From positions 1 through 64,000 of the forward strand of contig NC_089435.1 of the NCBI RefSeq assembly GCF_026210795.1: a stretch of DNA of 64,000 bases, written 5' to 3'. Origin of the DNA: Rhizophagus irregularis. Lineage: Eukaryota. Both the position numbers and the translations under genes were made by a program. A model generated the notes under the pieces. It was not told the DNA's origin, ran no database searches, and saw only the letters and a list, made by a program, of their open reading frames with translations. Below, piece by piece: positions 26,830 to 40,384 of the stretch. How positions within the stretch are numbered: the stretch's first letter is position 1; each line of letters opens with the position of its first letter.

Positions 26830-29194
26830 ATGTCCTTTTCTAAAATTACTCGGGTTTTTCATAGGACCGTTTTCCCAACTCACTTCGTTACTCGTCGAGT
26901 TCAATGTCTTCAGTCACCGAGATCTGATTTGTTTCATTTGCCATTTTCAAGAACCCTGAGAACTCGGAAGCCTTGGATGGATTTACGTCAGGAAAATGTA
27001 CTTTTGAAAAACAAATTAAAAGCAGTACAAAAGGGGGCCGAATTAGAACGTAAGAAGTAAGAACTGGTGTAGTTCATAATTTACGAAAATCGTTCTTATC
27101 GATCATTATTTCTAGAACAACCGTGGGAGCCTTCGCCGAAAAAACAAAAGATCATGACGCGTATGCGCATTTGTCCTCATTATGTTTCCCTCTACCTTTA
27201 CCAAGAAATTTTCATATCAGACTAATCCCTTTTTCGGTACTATCATAGATGGAACCGCTACTCTCTTTGCAGGCGAAAAAATTCTAGTAGGCTTGGATAG
27301 TTTTAAAGAGATTGTGGATCGGGGTTCCACTATAATCGACAAAACACTTCTTATTTCTGAGTTCATTGAATGCAAGGGGATAGTCTCTCTTGTCGTTCGT
27401 CCAAGACGATTTGGAAAAACCATAAACCTCACTATGCTTAGGGAATTTTTTTCGATTCCCATCCACCCTGACAATAAAGATTACCGTTATGAACTGTTCA
27501 AAGACACAAAAATTATGGAAAGATCAGATGTTTATAATAAATATTTTTGCAAGTATCCAGTTATCTTCCTATCTCTCAAGGTATGGTGTTGTCTGCTTCT
27601 CGTCTAAACTGACACTACAAACCGTTTTGTTGATCTGCTTCTTACATCCCTTTGCCAGGGCTACGAAAGTTGTTCAACTTGGTCAAGTATGCGGGCCCGA
27701 TTATGTCAGCAGTTGGCAACTCTATACAACGATCATCATTATGTTTATTACCAAGTCAGCCAAAAAATTCTAAATAAATCACGTTTTGATAGGATAAATT
27801 CCGGTAAATTTAAGGATGGTGTCACTGAAGATGCCCTTCTATACCTCTCCAAGTACTTGAAAGACTATCACAGAAATAAGTGTATTGTCCTGATTGATGA
27901 GTACGATCACCCTCTTGAAGTTGCTTATCAACATCAATATTACGAAGAAGCTTGTGGTTTTTTTGCTTCTCTGTTTGGAGCACTCCTCAAGGTAAGCACT
28001 TAGACTGCCTTCACAGAATCTTGCAAATGATGACTAACAAATGATTACAAATGATTGGATTGGCCAACGCAGGGCAATGATGAAAATTTGGAGAAGGCCC
28101 TCCTTGTTGGTGTTTCTCGCGTTGCTAAGTCAGGATATTTATCAGGGCTTAATAATTTGCAAGTGTTCCCAATGCACCACGAAGTATTTGCGAATTATTT
28201 CGGATTCACTGAGGATGAAATCTTTATCCTCCTTCAACATAATGGTAAGGAAGATCAGTTAGATGGGGTCAGGCAATGGTACAATGGATACCGGGCCGGA
28301 AATGGTCTTAATTTGTACAACCCATGGTCAATAATTTCTTTTATTAATGAAGGAACTTTGAAGGCACATTGGATTGACACAGGTAAGCCTTGCATTGATT
28401 AGCTTCTGTTAGAATTATTTTATAACATGGTTTCCTGCGACATAACAGGAGGTACTAAAACGATTAAGGATTTGCTTTGGAACTCAACTGAAGATTTTAA
28501 AAATAATACATCAATGTTACTCAAGGGTTGTGCAATCAATGTAAGGATTATGGAAGATATGGACTATAATGTGCTAGCTCAAAAATCAAATATAGACAAT
28601 GTACTTTGGACCTTACTCTACTATGCGGGTTATCTCACCAAAGATAAAAATGACAATCTATGCATTCCAAACATGGAAGTTTCTACAGAATGGCAGGAAT
28701 GGCTGACAAATTGCAATTCATTTGAATTGGATTCAATGCTAAGTTTGCTGTTGCAATGTAGGCTCTCAGAATTTAAGGAGCAATTCTCTAGATTTATTAT
28801 GAATTCTCTTTCCTATTATGATGTTACGGATAAAATGGCGGAAACCAATTATCATGTCTTCATAATTGGCTTGTTTAATCAAGCATACTGCCGTGGTTAT
28901 AAATTAATATCAAATAGAGAAGCTGGTACAGGTCGATTTGACTTAAAAATTGAACCAACAGAGAAAGTGAATTTTAAGACTGGAGTGTTTATGGAGTTTA
29001 AGGTACTGAAAAATGAGAAACAGAATAAGAAGAAACTTCAGGATAAGGCTAATGAAGCATTGGAACAAATAAAAAATAAACGCTACTTTTCTGATCTTCC
29101 TAAATTTACCAAACAATGTGTTATTTGTGGAGTTGCTTTTCAGGGGAAGGATGTATATATAGCGAGTGAGGTGCTGAATTCGTGGCAGAATTAA
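26830..29194 (+). CDS. AAA-ATPase-like protein fused to C-terminal PD-(D/E)XK nuclease, spliced
   Basis: DKTLLI, RPRRFGKT (Walker A), VLIDEYD (Walker B), YNPWS, SNREAGTGRFDL...MEFK...ALEQI..KRY, with GT-AG introns between the ORFs. Confidence 0.85.
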
Positions 29195-30175
29195 GGTTGG
29201 TTGCCGTAAGTAATGATTATTATATATCGAATTACAACCTTTAGTAGTTGTAATATTATAAACATAAGCTGTAAATTGGCTGTAAATACTACACTATTGT
29301 GGTTAGCTAAAAGATGGTAATTCTGATTTACAACCATTATATTTACTTGATTTTTGGACTTACAACTATTTATGGAGACCAACACTAGGTAGAATAGTCA
29401 TTATATTTATATTTATGCAACATAAAAAATAATGTTTAACTGCGGGCATTAATATAAAACCATCACATAGCAGATTTATGTATTATTTTTTGTATTAATA
29501 AACAAAAGTCTTACATTATATCAAGAATAATTTTTTATTGTGGCATTAGAAAATAATAAAAATTTTATGCTGTTTTGTATACATGTTTTAGTGTTTACTT
29601 TATTACATGATGTATTAACTATTAATTGCATAGATTGAAACTTAAATTATGTGATAAAAACTGTTCTTTTGGAAAATAATTAGAGATATGCAAAAAATTT
29701 CCAATTGTTAATTGTGACATTTTTTGTTATGTCATGCGAAGTATCAGCTAATGTAAGAAAAAAATTTAATAATAATTGCTTAGAATATTTCTGAATGCCA
29801 TTCATTTTTTTTATTATTTTATATTCCCTAATTATGTTAAGCAGGAAAAAAAAAAATCAAATTTCGGGGGAAAGCCCTTATTTATATGAAATTATGTATC
29901 ACGTGATTAACGTGACAATTTTAACAGATCAGCCACGTTTTTTTAACAAACTTTTTTCCTTTCTCACAGTCTCACCCTTTCCCTTCCTCTCTTTTTCTCT
30001 TCCTCTTGTTTCACTCTCTCTAATAAAAATCTTAGCAGAACATTTAGCAACATTTTGATATTTTTCTTTATTAGACAAAAATCATTGCATTATGCAATGA
30101 AAATTAAGAGTTCGTAACGATTTTTTTTTAAAAAAAAAACAAGTATATTATAACTTAAATGACAAAATAACTTCG

Positions 30176-30280
30176 GTAAAAAAATGGATTGAAAAAAAGC
30201 TAGAGAATGAGTATATTCGTTATTTTAAATATGATGAATTTATAATCGATGAAGAAGAAATTGGTAAAGGAAGGGATATC
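30176..30280 (+). pseudogene. N-terminal fragment of a fungal TKL-type protein kinase
   Basis: KWIEKKLENEYIRYFKYDEF...EEIGKG resembles the lead-in to a kinase Gly-loop, then breaks off. Confidence 0.4.
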
Positions 30281-31835
30281 AGAATTCCAGTAAGATTTTT
30301 TTCTTTTTTTTTCATCTTTATTTTTTCTTTTTTTTTCTTTCTTTAGATGGTTCTTTCAAGTTATTTTGGAAGACATTTTGGTAAAGTTTCTTATTTATTT
30401 CTTCCATCTTTTAACAAATGGTTCTTAACAATTCATTTCTTTCTCTTTTTAGGCGGTTCTTTTGTATTTCTTGTGGTAAGTTAAATTTTTTTTTCTTTCA
30501 TTTTTTTTTATTTGACAAAACGTTGACTGTTGGTTAACTAAAATTTTATTTTCTTGTTTCTTTCTTTTTTTAGACGATCAGGCCTTTGGACGCATGAAAT
30601 TTCCAATGGTTGATTTCTTTTTACTTTATTAAATTCTTCTGAATTAAATTTTTTTATTTTGATAAGATGTTAACTATTGTTTCATTTTTTTTCTTTGTTT
30701 TTAGACAGGTCAGGTCTTTGGATGTGTGAAATTTTCAAAGGTTAGATTTTTTCCTTTTAAGTTCTTTCGAATTAAATTTTTTTATTTTTATTTAACGAAA
30801 CGTTTAACTAACGTTTCATCTTCTTTTTTCTTTTTTTAAACAGTCATGTTCTTTTCTTTTTTTAGGTTTATGTCTCAATACTTCTCTTTCAGATGTCCAG
30901 ACCTTTTGACATGTGAGACTTCAGTGGGAACTATTTTTGACAGGAATTGTATTACTATTGGCATATAATGAATCAAAATGAAAATTTGACTTTGATACTG
31001 CGAATACAAGAATTTAAAGTGCTCCCTCATCACGAAAAGTTATTTTACTTGTTTTACTTATAGGTTCTGTAAAGTTTCGAATAGCAGAATAGGGTATTGG
31101 AATCTTGAAATGGTAAGTTTCGTAATGGAATTTACCTTTTTCTTAGTATTGGAAACATCCACTTTTTTTTTGTATTATAGAAGGGCTTTGATTGGGTACC
31201 TGGAGATTGGAGACGGTAAATTTCTACGCGAAACTTAACTTTTTTTTGTTTTCTTTAATTAGAAACATTTAATGTTTCTTTTATTTTTTTCTTAGATCTC
31301 GGCGGACAGATTGTTTTTTGGAGTTCATGGGATTATTTCGTTTTAAGGAAAAGTTTCATTTTTTTTGGATTTTTTCAAATTACTATAGTAAAACATGTTT
31401 ATCAAATAATTTTATTTTCAGATACTTTTATACATTTTATATAAAGAATTATATTATCAATACTTAATAATGAATAATTTAATAGTTAGCTAGCGTAATA
31501 TGTAATATATAACATTGTTTGCTTTATTAAATATATATGCAAATAAAGTGTGTTTACAACGTTGTAAAAAATAAATTACTACGTTTTGACTATATGTTTA
31601 CAGTAGTAAAATAGGTGCAGTGAAATCGTTTTATGGTAAATTAAAAAAGCGTAGTGGCGATACATTTTCTCACTTTTGCAACGTGTTGTATGACGTTCAA
31701 TAACGACGCACAAAACGACGGACGAATCACGTGATTTTGGCGCAGTATCAACGTTGTTTAAAAATATGAAGTTTCTGCAATGACATAATCGGTTATATAA
31801 AAACATTTGCTAGTTACGTATAGCACTCAAATAAA

Positions 31836-32048
31836 ATGAATAATTTATCAATCATACTGCTTCCTTTTTCTTTTTTACCCTTCAGTGAGGCATTAACACA
31901 CTATAGCAAAGTAAAGATAAACTGCGAAAATTACTGTTATTTAGTAATAATCGCAATATTGGTTGTATCAGCAATATTATTATATGCCTGTTGTTATGCT
32001 TGCCTAAGACAATTTTTTATAAAACATAAAGTAATCATCAATCAGTGA
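31836..32048 (+). CDS. Possible small single-pass membrane protein
   Basis: Hydrophobic N-terminus ending SEA, short ectodomain, TM segment LVIIAILVVSAILLY, juxtamembrane ACCYAC then basic residues. Confidence 0.35.
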   Translation: MNNLSIILLPFSFLPFSEALTHYSKVKINCENYCYLVIIAILVVSAILLYACCYACLRQFFIKHKVIINQ

Positions 32049-32865
32049 TCATAATAGAAATTTATGCATGGCTCGATGAACTAAACACATTACACATTTG
32101 ATCATCATCAAAAAGTATCGATTTAGTTTCAGGAAACTTTAAAAAGAGTTATTTTATCAATTGATGTATTAAACCCAAAGTGTTGATTTAATCATTGTCT
32201 TACAATACTTTAATTGAAAAAGTAAATTTTGTTTTTCATATTTTATTTATTTTTAAAATGTAATGGTTGTTTCAAATTGACCCAAAGCATGGATTTCCAT
32301 GGATTGTTAATCATTCTATTTTTAGTCTAAAATTTTAAAAGCGTGGAAATGTTGATCATTTTGAATTTATAAATCATATAATATAATGCTATAAAGGTAC
32401 TACCATTAAAAGCCTTCACTGTCTGTGAAGTCTAGATTGGAGTAGACACACACACGCGCATCATTACCACTTTGACAACAAGAACACGGTTCAGTTAATG
32501 AACTTAAGTCTATTGTACTGAAAACAAATGTGAATAAAATGTCTATATAAAAATTCGGTGACAATTGTTATTATTCCAAAACAAAACAGTATGTTTCTAT
32601 TTTAAACTTTACTTTGAATCCAATATTTAATTTGACTAAGATGGGATGCAACATCTAGCAAAAACAGAGTATTAGAATCAAAAATCAATAATTTTAAGTT
32701 TCGAAATTATAACTTCAACCCACTTTTTTTTTTTAAAAAAAAAGAAACGTTAACGTTTCACTTCTTTTGAGAAATGATTATCATATCCTTGACTTGAATC
32801 GCATCTTCATTATGAAAATACTAAAATATATACAGAATGGATTACGTTAAGGGTGACGCAAATAT

Positions 32866-33402
32866 CACAGGTCGAAAAGTGAAAAATCAGGCATCAATCA
32901 GTCACCAATCGGTCACCAATCAGGTACCTGATTGGTGACTGATTGGTGCCTGATTGGCATTTTCGCCAAATACCGTCACCAATCAGGCAGTTTGCTAACT
33001 TTTGATCCAGTGATCAGAAAAGGATGAAATATAGCTCATTGGAATCGTCTCAACAAGACGAATCTAATGGTAGTAAAATCGCATCTCTAGGATTAATACT
33101 TGATGAGAAATTAAGTAAAATATAAAAATGAAAATGTATCATTTATATTTTATTTAATTTTTTATTAACTATTAATCCTAAAGATGCGATTTTACTACCA
33201 TTAGATTCGTCTTGTTGAGACGATTCCAATGAGCTATATTTCATCCTTTTCTGATCACTGGATCAAAAGTTAGCAAACTGCCTGATTGGTGACGGTATTT
33301 GGCGAAAATGCCAATCAGGCACCAATCAGTCACCAATCAGTCACCAATCAGCTACCTGATTGGTGACCGATTGGTGCCTGATTTTTCACTTTTCGACTTG
33401 TG
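32866..33402. mobile_element. 537-bp foldback (whole-length hairpin) non-autonomous element with CACAG ends
   Basis: CACAGGTCGAAAAGTGAAAAATCAGG at the left, its near reverse complement ending 33402; arms pair almost to the centre (~33134); GTCACCAATCA repeats. Confidence 0.85.
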
Positions 33403-34329
33403 TGTTAGGCCGTATTTTCTTGAAGGGTTCAGCATTAGATTTTTGAAACTGTATACTTTGGATATTTTGATGCACTATAAAGGAGTGCTATTTTTATTCT
33501 TTGTTATTGTTTAATCAAAACGTTTTCTTTAATCTTTTTATTATTCTCTTTTTTAGATGATCAGCTCTCTATACACGTAGAATTTCAACAGGAACCGGTC
33601 TCTCTTAATTTTTATGGGAATCTCGGTAGGAGTTTTTACTTAAAATTTATTCGTTTAAAATTAACTTTATAATATAAGAATATTTCTTTAAAGAAACATT
33701 TATTAATTTATTAACGCTTCTATTTTAATCCTTTTTTTAGATGGACCTATGATACCAATGGAGAGAGAGTAAAAGTATCTTACTAAAATGGAATCGGATG
33801 ATATTATCGTAAGACCGTTAAACAGAAGAAGATAATCGACCAGGGAAGCGACCAGACAATTCAAGGTGAATATCGATTTTTATATTATTTTTTTTTAACG
33901 ACGAAACAATCGTTATTTTTCTTTTCTTTTTAGGCGATCTATACATCAGATCTCTGAAGGTGGATATTTTTTTTAAAAAAATAAAGATTTCTTTTTAACG
34001 AATCGATTATTAACATTTCGTTACTTTTCTTTTTTTAGGTGGTCGGTAGAAGTGTATTAACGAACTATTTCTTTTATTGAAACGTCATTTCATTTTCTTT
34101 TATTTTGGTAGTAGTTCAGACTTTTGATAGATTTAATATAGATTTTTCAAATGTATTTTATTAATTATTATTGATGTAATAAAACCACATTTAATAATAA
34201 GTAATCTAACATTACACTGGTCGAAATCAAAAAAATCGGACATATGGAAAATCAGCTAAAAATCAGACCAAAATCGACTAACATTACAAATCGGCACATC
34301 TGATTGATGCCAATCGGACAATTTAATGA

Positions 34330-35065
34330 AAATCCAGAAAAAAATCATCATATTTGATTGACGGCTGATTGATGCTAGTTGAAATCAAAAAAAAAATCAG
34401 ACAAATGGCAAATCAACCTAAAATTTGCCTAATATTCAAATATGTACTTCCAATTTATGGAAAATTGACAATTCAATAAAAATTCAATAAAAATTCAATA
34501 AAAATTTGGCAAAAAATCATTATATTTGATTGACGGCTGATTGATGCTGGTTGAAATCAAAAAAAAAAATCTGACAAAATGACAAATCAACCTAAAATTT
34601 GCCCAATATTCAAATATGTACTTCCAATTTATGGAAAATTGACAATTCAATAAAAATTCAATAAAAATTTGATAAAAATTTGGCAAAAAATCATTATATT
34701 TGATTGACGGCTGATTGATGCTGGTTGAAATCAAAAAAAATCTGACAAAATGACAAATCAACCTAAAATTTGCCCAATATTCAAATATGTACTTCCAATT
34801 TATGGAAAATTGACAATTCAATAAAAATTCAATAAAAATTCAATAAAAATTTGGCAAAAAATCATTATATTTGATTGACGGCTGATTGATGCTGGTTGAA
34901 ATCAAAAAAAAATCTGACAAAATGACAAATTAACCTAAAATTTACCCAATATTCAAATATGTACTTCTGATTTATGGAAAATTGATAATTCAATAAAAAT
35001 TCAATAAAAATTTGATAAAAATTCGGCAAAAAATCATTATATTTGATTGACGGCTGATTGATACA
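34330..35065. repeat. ~172-bp tandem repeat, about 4 copies (subterminal)
   Basis: TATTTGATTGACGGCTGATTGAT recurs at ~34351, 34523, 34697, 34868, 35040. Confidence 0.9.
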
Positions 35066-35195
35066 AAAAAAGTCATCAAAATTAACTTTTGAAAAACATG
35101 ATTTGTCATTAAAATTCAGAAATTTGGAAAAATCAACACCAAATTTATAGTCAATTACTCAATTTATTATAAATTTATGTCTAAAACTTATAAGT

Positions 35196-38100
35196 TTATA
35201 ATTGGTATTTTCTACTAATTGGATTTACGGCTAAATACTCTCTTGCATTTTGCCGGTTTGAGATTTGGTAACTTACTGGTACAAATCTACCTAAAATATG
35301 ATGCACAGGTATTATACAATCACGACTTATTGGATAAAATTCGGTATTCCACAACTCAACATTACAAATTTCATCACTGCTGAAATCGTATCGAATATTG
35401 GTTGAATTTGCGTGTTTATACCAACGAACGTATGCTAGAAAATGTTCGACAGGACCATCCGGAAAGTCTACTACGTGAGTAAAATAATACTGAATTTGAC
35501 CTGGGTAGGTGTCGACATCTTCATCATCCGTAATAAATTTCGCTAAAACGTACGAACTTTTTACATGTCTTAACAATAATGACGATCCAAAGACTTCTGA
35601 ACCAATCTGACACCTTCCGAATTGGTTAATTTTGACCCTAATTATTATATCGTTATCTAAACCTTTTACAAGAGGCCTCCGAAATCCAAATGATTCGTAA
35701 GTCGCATTGTAATATTCGACCATTAAATTTAACATTTCACTTGAAAGTAGTATATTATGAGATACCGGCTTAAGAAATTCACCTGGGAAGCCTTCTTTGC
35801 CAGAAATCTGTGAATCTTTAATATTTTGTAAATTCAGCCAAAATCGATGCATCTCATCTGACGAAAATTCATCAGTAACTGAAAGGGACCTGATAGTACG
35901 CTGACTGTTTAGCAATTTAAGACCTTTTACTTCGATACCTGAACTTATGATATTTTCGATTTGTTTATCAAACATTAATCGATGCATAAGTTCAGACTCA
36001 ATTTTCCTGTTGCTGTTTGGTAACGAACCTAAAAGTGCGAAATCAATAAATTATAAGCTAATATTGAAATCGTTAAAATCGTTAAAAAATCGTTAACGGA
36101 TATTTACCTAAAATACCGTTCATACGTTCGAAAGAGAAACACCAGAATGCATATAATGGTCCATAATCAGATGAGCAATCACGCAAATGCAGAAAAAGAT
36201 GAAGATTCGGTGTGATCTTATCTCTGCCATGGTGATTCTCAATGAGCTTGACTATTTCGATAAGACTTCTATGGGCTTCATTCACCAAATTAGATTCTAG
36301 AATCTGATTTACCAAAATCGAACAAACCCTGACAAAATGATTCAGGATTCTTCTATCTACGTCTGAAAGGTGTTCCCAAAGTGATACAGTTGAATAAATT
36401 GTAAAGAATATTCGCCACTGATCGGCCGTAAAATTGGTGAATCCCTCTCCACTATGAATTTTTCCTGGAATTCGACCTAAATCGGATGGTATCTGAAACT
36501 CGTCCATCTTTTTCTGAATTTTGTTCAAAGAATTTGGTGTCAAAATACCCCCATCGATCCAAATTCGTTTTACTATCCACTTCGCAATGCCTAGAAATAA
36601 GCAATGCATTGGATTGACTGTAATAAATCTAATAGGGTCGAAATATGATAGACGCAACAATTCGGACCATCTAATGCCAGTTTCTTTGACGAAGCGCTTT
36701 CTAGCAGTGTCTAAGTTGCATCTTCACCAACCTAATGCGTTTTGCCGGTGCTCATTCAAATCTCGAGCAGAATACCCTACATCATCCATTCCAGCAAAAT
36801 TATGCTGCCCATTTTCATAATTTGCTTTTTTCTCACACCTGTGACATGAAACTAAGGCAGAAACATGACCGCAAATTTTTCTTGCAGCGGGAATGTCATA
36901 TGATACTAAGATTAAAGCGCCACGAACTCTCTTTCCATTTTCGCATTCATAAGTACGATTTAGTGTTAACCCAGCCTAGAGTGTTTCCAATTCGTTAACT
37001 ATTGGTGCTAAATAGTGGTTCACTTTATGTAGGCTGACCTCCTTTGGCCCAGGTAAAATGCCGAGAGTCAATAAATTTTTACGTCTAAATCGGATATCGC
37101 GTGGCAAATTGCATATAGCGGCATATATGACACCGATACTATAAATGGTACTATAATATGGCTGAAACTAATCAAGATTCAGCATCAAGCCAAGATGAGA
37201 ATCGGCCACTTCGCTTCTGAAAAAATTTGGCAAATCTTCATTGTCCGATTCTTTAAAATTCTTCCACACTTACCCATCATATATATCGGTCAAAATATTA
37301 TCAAAATTCGACCGATTAGCCCAATGTCGGAGAGAATTTTCAAACCCAGGCCGACAAAACATAGTGGCAAGTTGTTGATTGATTCCAGCAAACAGATACA
37401 TTAAATTAGGTCGTATTATTGTTCAATTTGTCAATGCGCTAATTTTTTCAGACAATGCCGTATTGCAAAGACGTGATCTGCGAACTGAAGAATTGGGAAA
37501 TTCTATGTGTTGACATTTCATTATAGCAGGATTGTCCTCTTGTTTGAAATCTACCACTTCCTCTTTTTTATACAATTTGTGACATTTCGGACAGGTACAA
37601 AACTATGAAATTGGTCATTTAATCCAAGCTTCTTTCTTGTTAAGTAAAGCGAATCTGGGAAATCATTAAAATCGTCACTACTGAACTCGCACAGGGCCAA
37701 TTTCATAAATTTTATTAGAGTCTCAGTAGCTGTCTCTGCAATATTGAATCTTGTTCGAAAGTTCATTATCCAAAGTAAAATCCATAAAAATCGATTATAA
37801 TTCGATTCTAAATATGGTGGGGTTTGAAATGGTTCATAACTAGGTAGTGAATAGTCTTCAAAAATTTCAGAAATTCCAGAAATTGGATCATTATCTGATT
37901 CACTGCCTATAGACAATGTATCACTGTAGATATCTTCCTCTGTAGTATATTTGGATGATGATGAATCTTCTGGATCTTCTAAAATTTCCGGACGATTTGT
38001 ATACTTTCTTGCACGTTGTCGAGGTAAGAAGTTAAATTCGACATCTTGATGTTCATCATCAACATCATCTTGATTACTGTTATCTGATTTTTCCGATTCT

Positions 38101-38450
38101 TGTCTAATAGATTCGTCAATCATTCGTCCAGCTGAAGCGGGTATTGATGTTTCACATATTTCAAGTTGACGAACTTGAGACGAAATTGTACCTTGCGAAT
38201 CTTGGTATTCTTGATGTCTAGAATCGTGAATTTCTTTTGTGCGAGAATCCACCAAGTTGCCATCACAATCAGGACAATTACAAACTACTAGTTTTCTTTT
38301 ATTACTTGTTGGTCTAGCAGAAGATACTATTTCTTCGTTTATTATACCAGAAATTGATCTATTTCTACGAGTAGAAGATGGCTGATTTGAAAGTGATTCT
38401 TCATCATCAAGATCTTCAAGTATACTAGAGACTGACTTTTTTCTGCTCAT
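35196..38450 (-). pseudogene. CACTA Tnp2-family transposase with stops and frameshifts
   Basis: CNCPDC...VDSRT; DIYDG; PMHCLFLGIAKW; YGPLYAFWCFSFERMNG; PGQIQYYF. Homologous to 6076-9456. Confidence 0.9.
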
Positions 38451-38969
38451 TTGTTTAGTGTTTGAATAAGTTTAATAAGTTTGGCAAAATCCAAATTTGT
38501 TAAAAGGCCGATTTTTATAAAATTTGGAATAACACAAAATTTGTATAATTTGTATGTATAATTAATGTAATCCTGGCTTCTATGATTATTTCAATAATTT
38601 TTTAGGATTTAATATTTTTTTTCGCAAATTTGGCAATTTTATATAATAAATTTGCGAATTTTCTAATTAATATACTTTTAAAAATTGCAATATGATTTAA
38701 GCTTATTTTACAATAAAAAGCTTATTTTTAAAATAAAAAGCTTATTTTATTTTAAAATAACTTTTATTTACAAGATAATCACTTTATCATCCCTTTATCA
38801 TTTTCGGATGCCAAACAAACCTTATCAAAAGAAACTGTAAATTTTAGCGAAAGTTGAAAAGTAACAATTTTGTATTAATCGAAGTGGTATTGCTATAATA
38901 ACAATATATTTTCGATTTTACTGCAAATTTCGACAAAGTATAACTTGCCGCATTAAAGTATATCAAATT

Positions 38970-39810
38970 TTAACGTAGTAGAACGCTAACAATTTTCGTA
39001 ATTTTAATTTATTTGTCTTTTTAATTATGATTTATAGTTGATTTTCCAATTGAGAAATCAACGCAATAGGACGCTAACGATTTTCTTATTAATTAATTTA
39101 TTTGATTTTTTAATTATGATTTATAGTTGATTTTTCAATTGAGAAATCAACACAGTAGAACGCTAACGATTTTCTTATTAATTAATTTATTTGATTTTTT
39201 AATTATGATTTATAGTTGATTTTCCTCAAGAAATCAACGCAGTAGAACGCTAATGATTTTTGTAATTTTAATTTATTTGTCTTTTTTAATTATAATTTAT
39301 AGTTGATTTTTCAATCAAGAAATCAACGCAGTAGAACGCTAACGATTTTCTTATTAATTAATTGATTTGTCTTTTTTAATTATGATTTATAGTTGATTTT
39401 TCAATCGAGAAATCAACGCAGTAAACGCTAACGATTTTCGTAATTTTAATTTATTTGTCTTTTTTAATTATGATTTATAGTTGATTTTCCAATTGAGAAA
39501 TCAACGCAGTAGGAACGCTAACGATTTTCTTATTAATTAATTTATTTGATTTTTTAATTATGATTTATAGTTGATTTTTCAATCGAGAAATCAACGCAAT
39601 AAGACGCTAACGATTTTCTTATTAATTAATTTATTTGATTTTTTAATTATGATTTATAGTTGATTTTCCTCGAGAAATCAATGCAGTAGAACGCTAATGA
39701 TTTTCGTAATTTTAATTTATTTGTCTTTTTTAATTATAATTTATAGTTGATTTTTCAATCGAGAAATCAACGCAGTAGAACGCTAACGATTTTCTTATTA
39801 ATTAATTGAT
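38970..39810. repeat. ~88-89-bp tandem repeat, about 10 copies, between the divergent genes of element B
   Basis: GAAATCAACGCAGTAGAACGCTAACGATTTT recurs at regular spacing. Confidence 0.9.
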
Positions 39811-40384
39811 GATTTTTAAATTTATAAATAGGACGATATGACGATATTGAACCCGCTTCGATTTTTTAAACGAATATTGAGTGAATATAAAATGTCAAAT
39901 AATAGCAATAATAAAAAAAACAATAAAAAAAATAACAAACAAAAGCAACAGAGGTTTCAAGAAGAAACACCTGACAAAGGATCTAATCGTCAACGGGGAA
40001 GAACGGAAGAAGAAAGTAATCTGAATGAGACGAGTGACAAGACCAATAAGTCGACTAGCAAATTGTCACCCACCAAGTCAAACAAACAAAAGCAGCAAAG
40101 ATTTCAAGAAGAAACACCGAGCGAAGGATCTAATCGTCAACGGGGAAGAGCGGAAGAAGAAAGTGATCTGAATGAGACGAGTGACAAAACCAATAAGTCG
40201 ACTAGCAAATCATCACTCACCAAGTCAAACAAACAAAAGCAGCAAAGGTTTCAAGAAGAAACACCTGACGAAGGATCTAATCGTCAACGGGGAAGAACAG
40301 AAGAAGAAAGTAATCTGAATGAGACGATTGACAAAACCAATAAGTCGACTAGCAAATCGTCACCCATCAAGTCGATCCTCAAAT

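Noticed and set aside
32641..32760. MGC..SK myristoylation-like start
   Set aside because: A stop follows at codon 6 unless a frameshift is assumed; no supporting ORF.
38970..39810. CRISPR-like array
   Set aside because: Whole units repeat with no unique spacers, there are no cas genes, and the context is eukaryotic.
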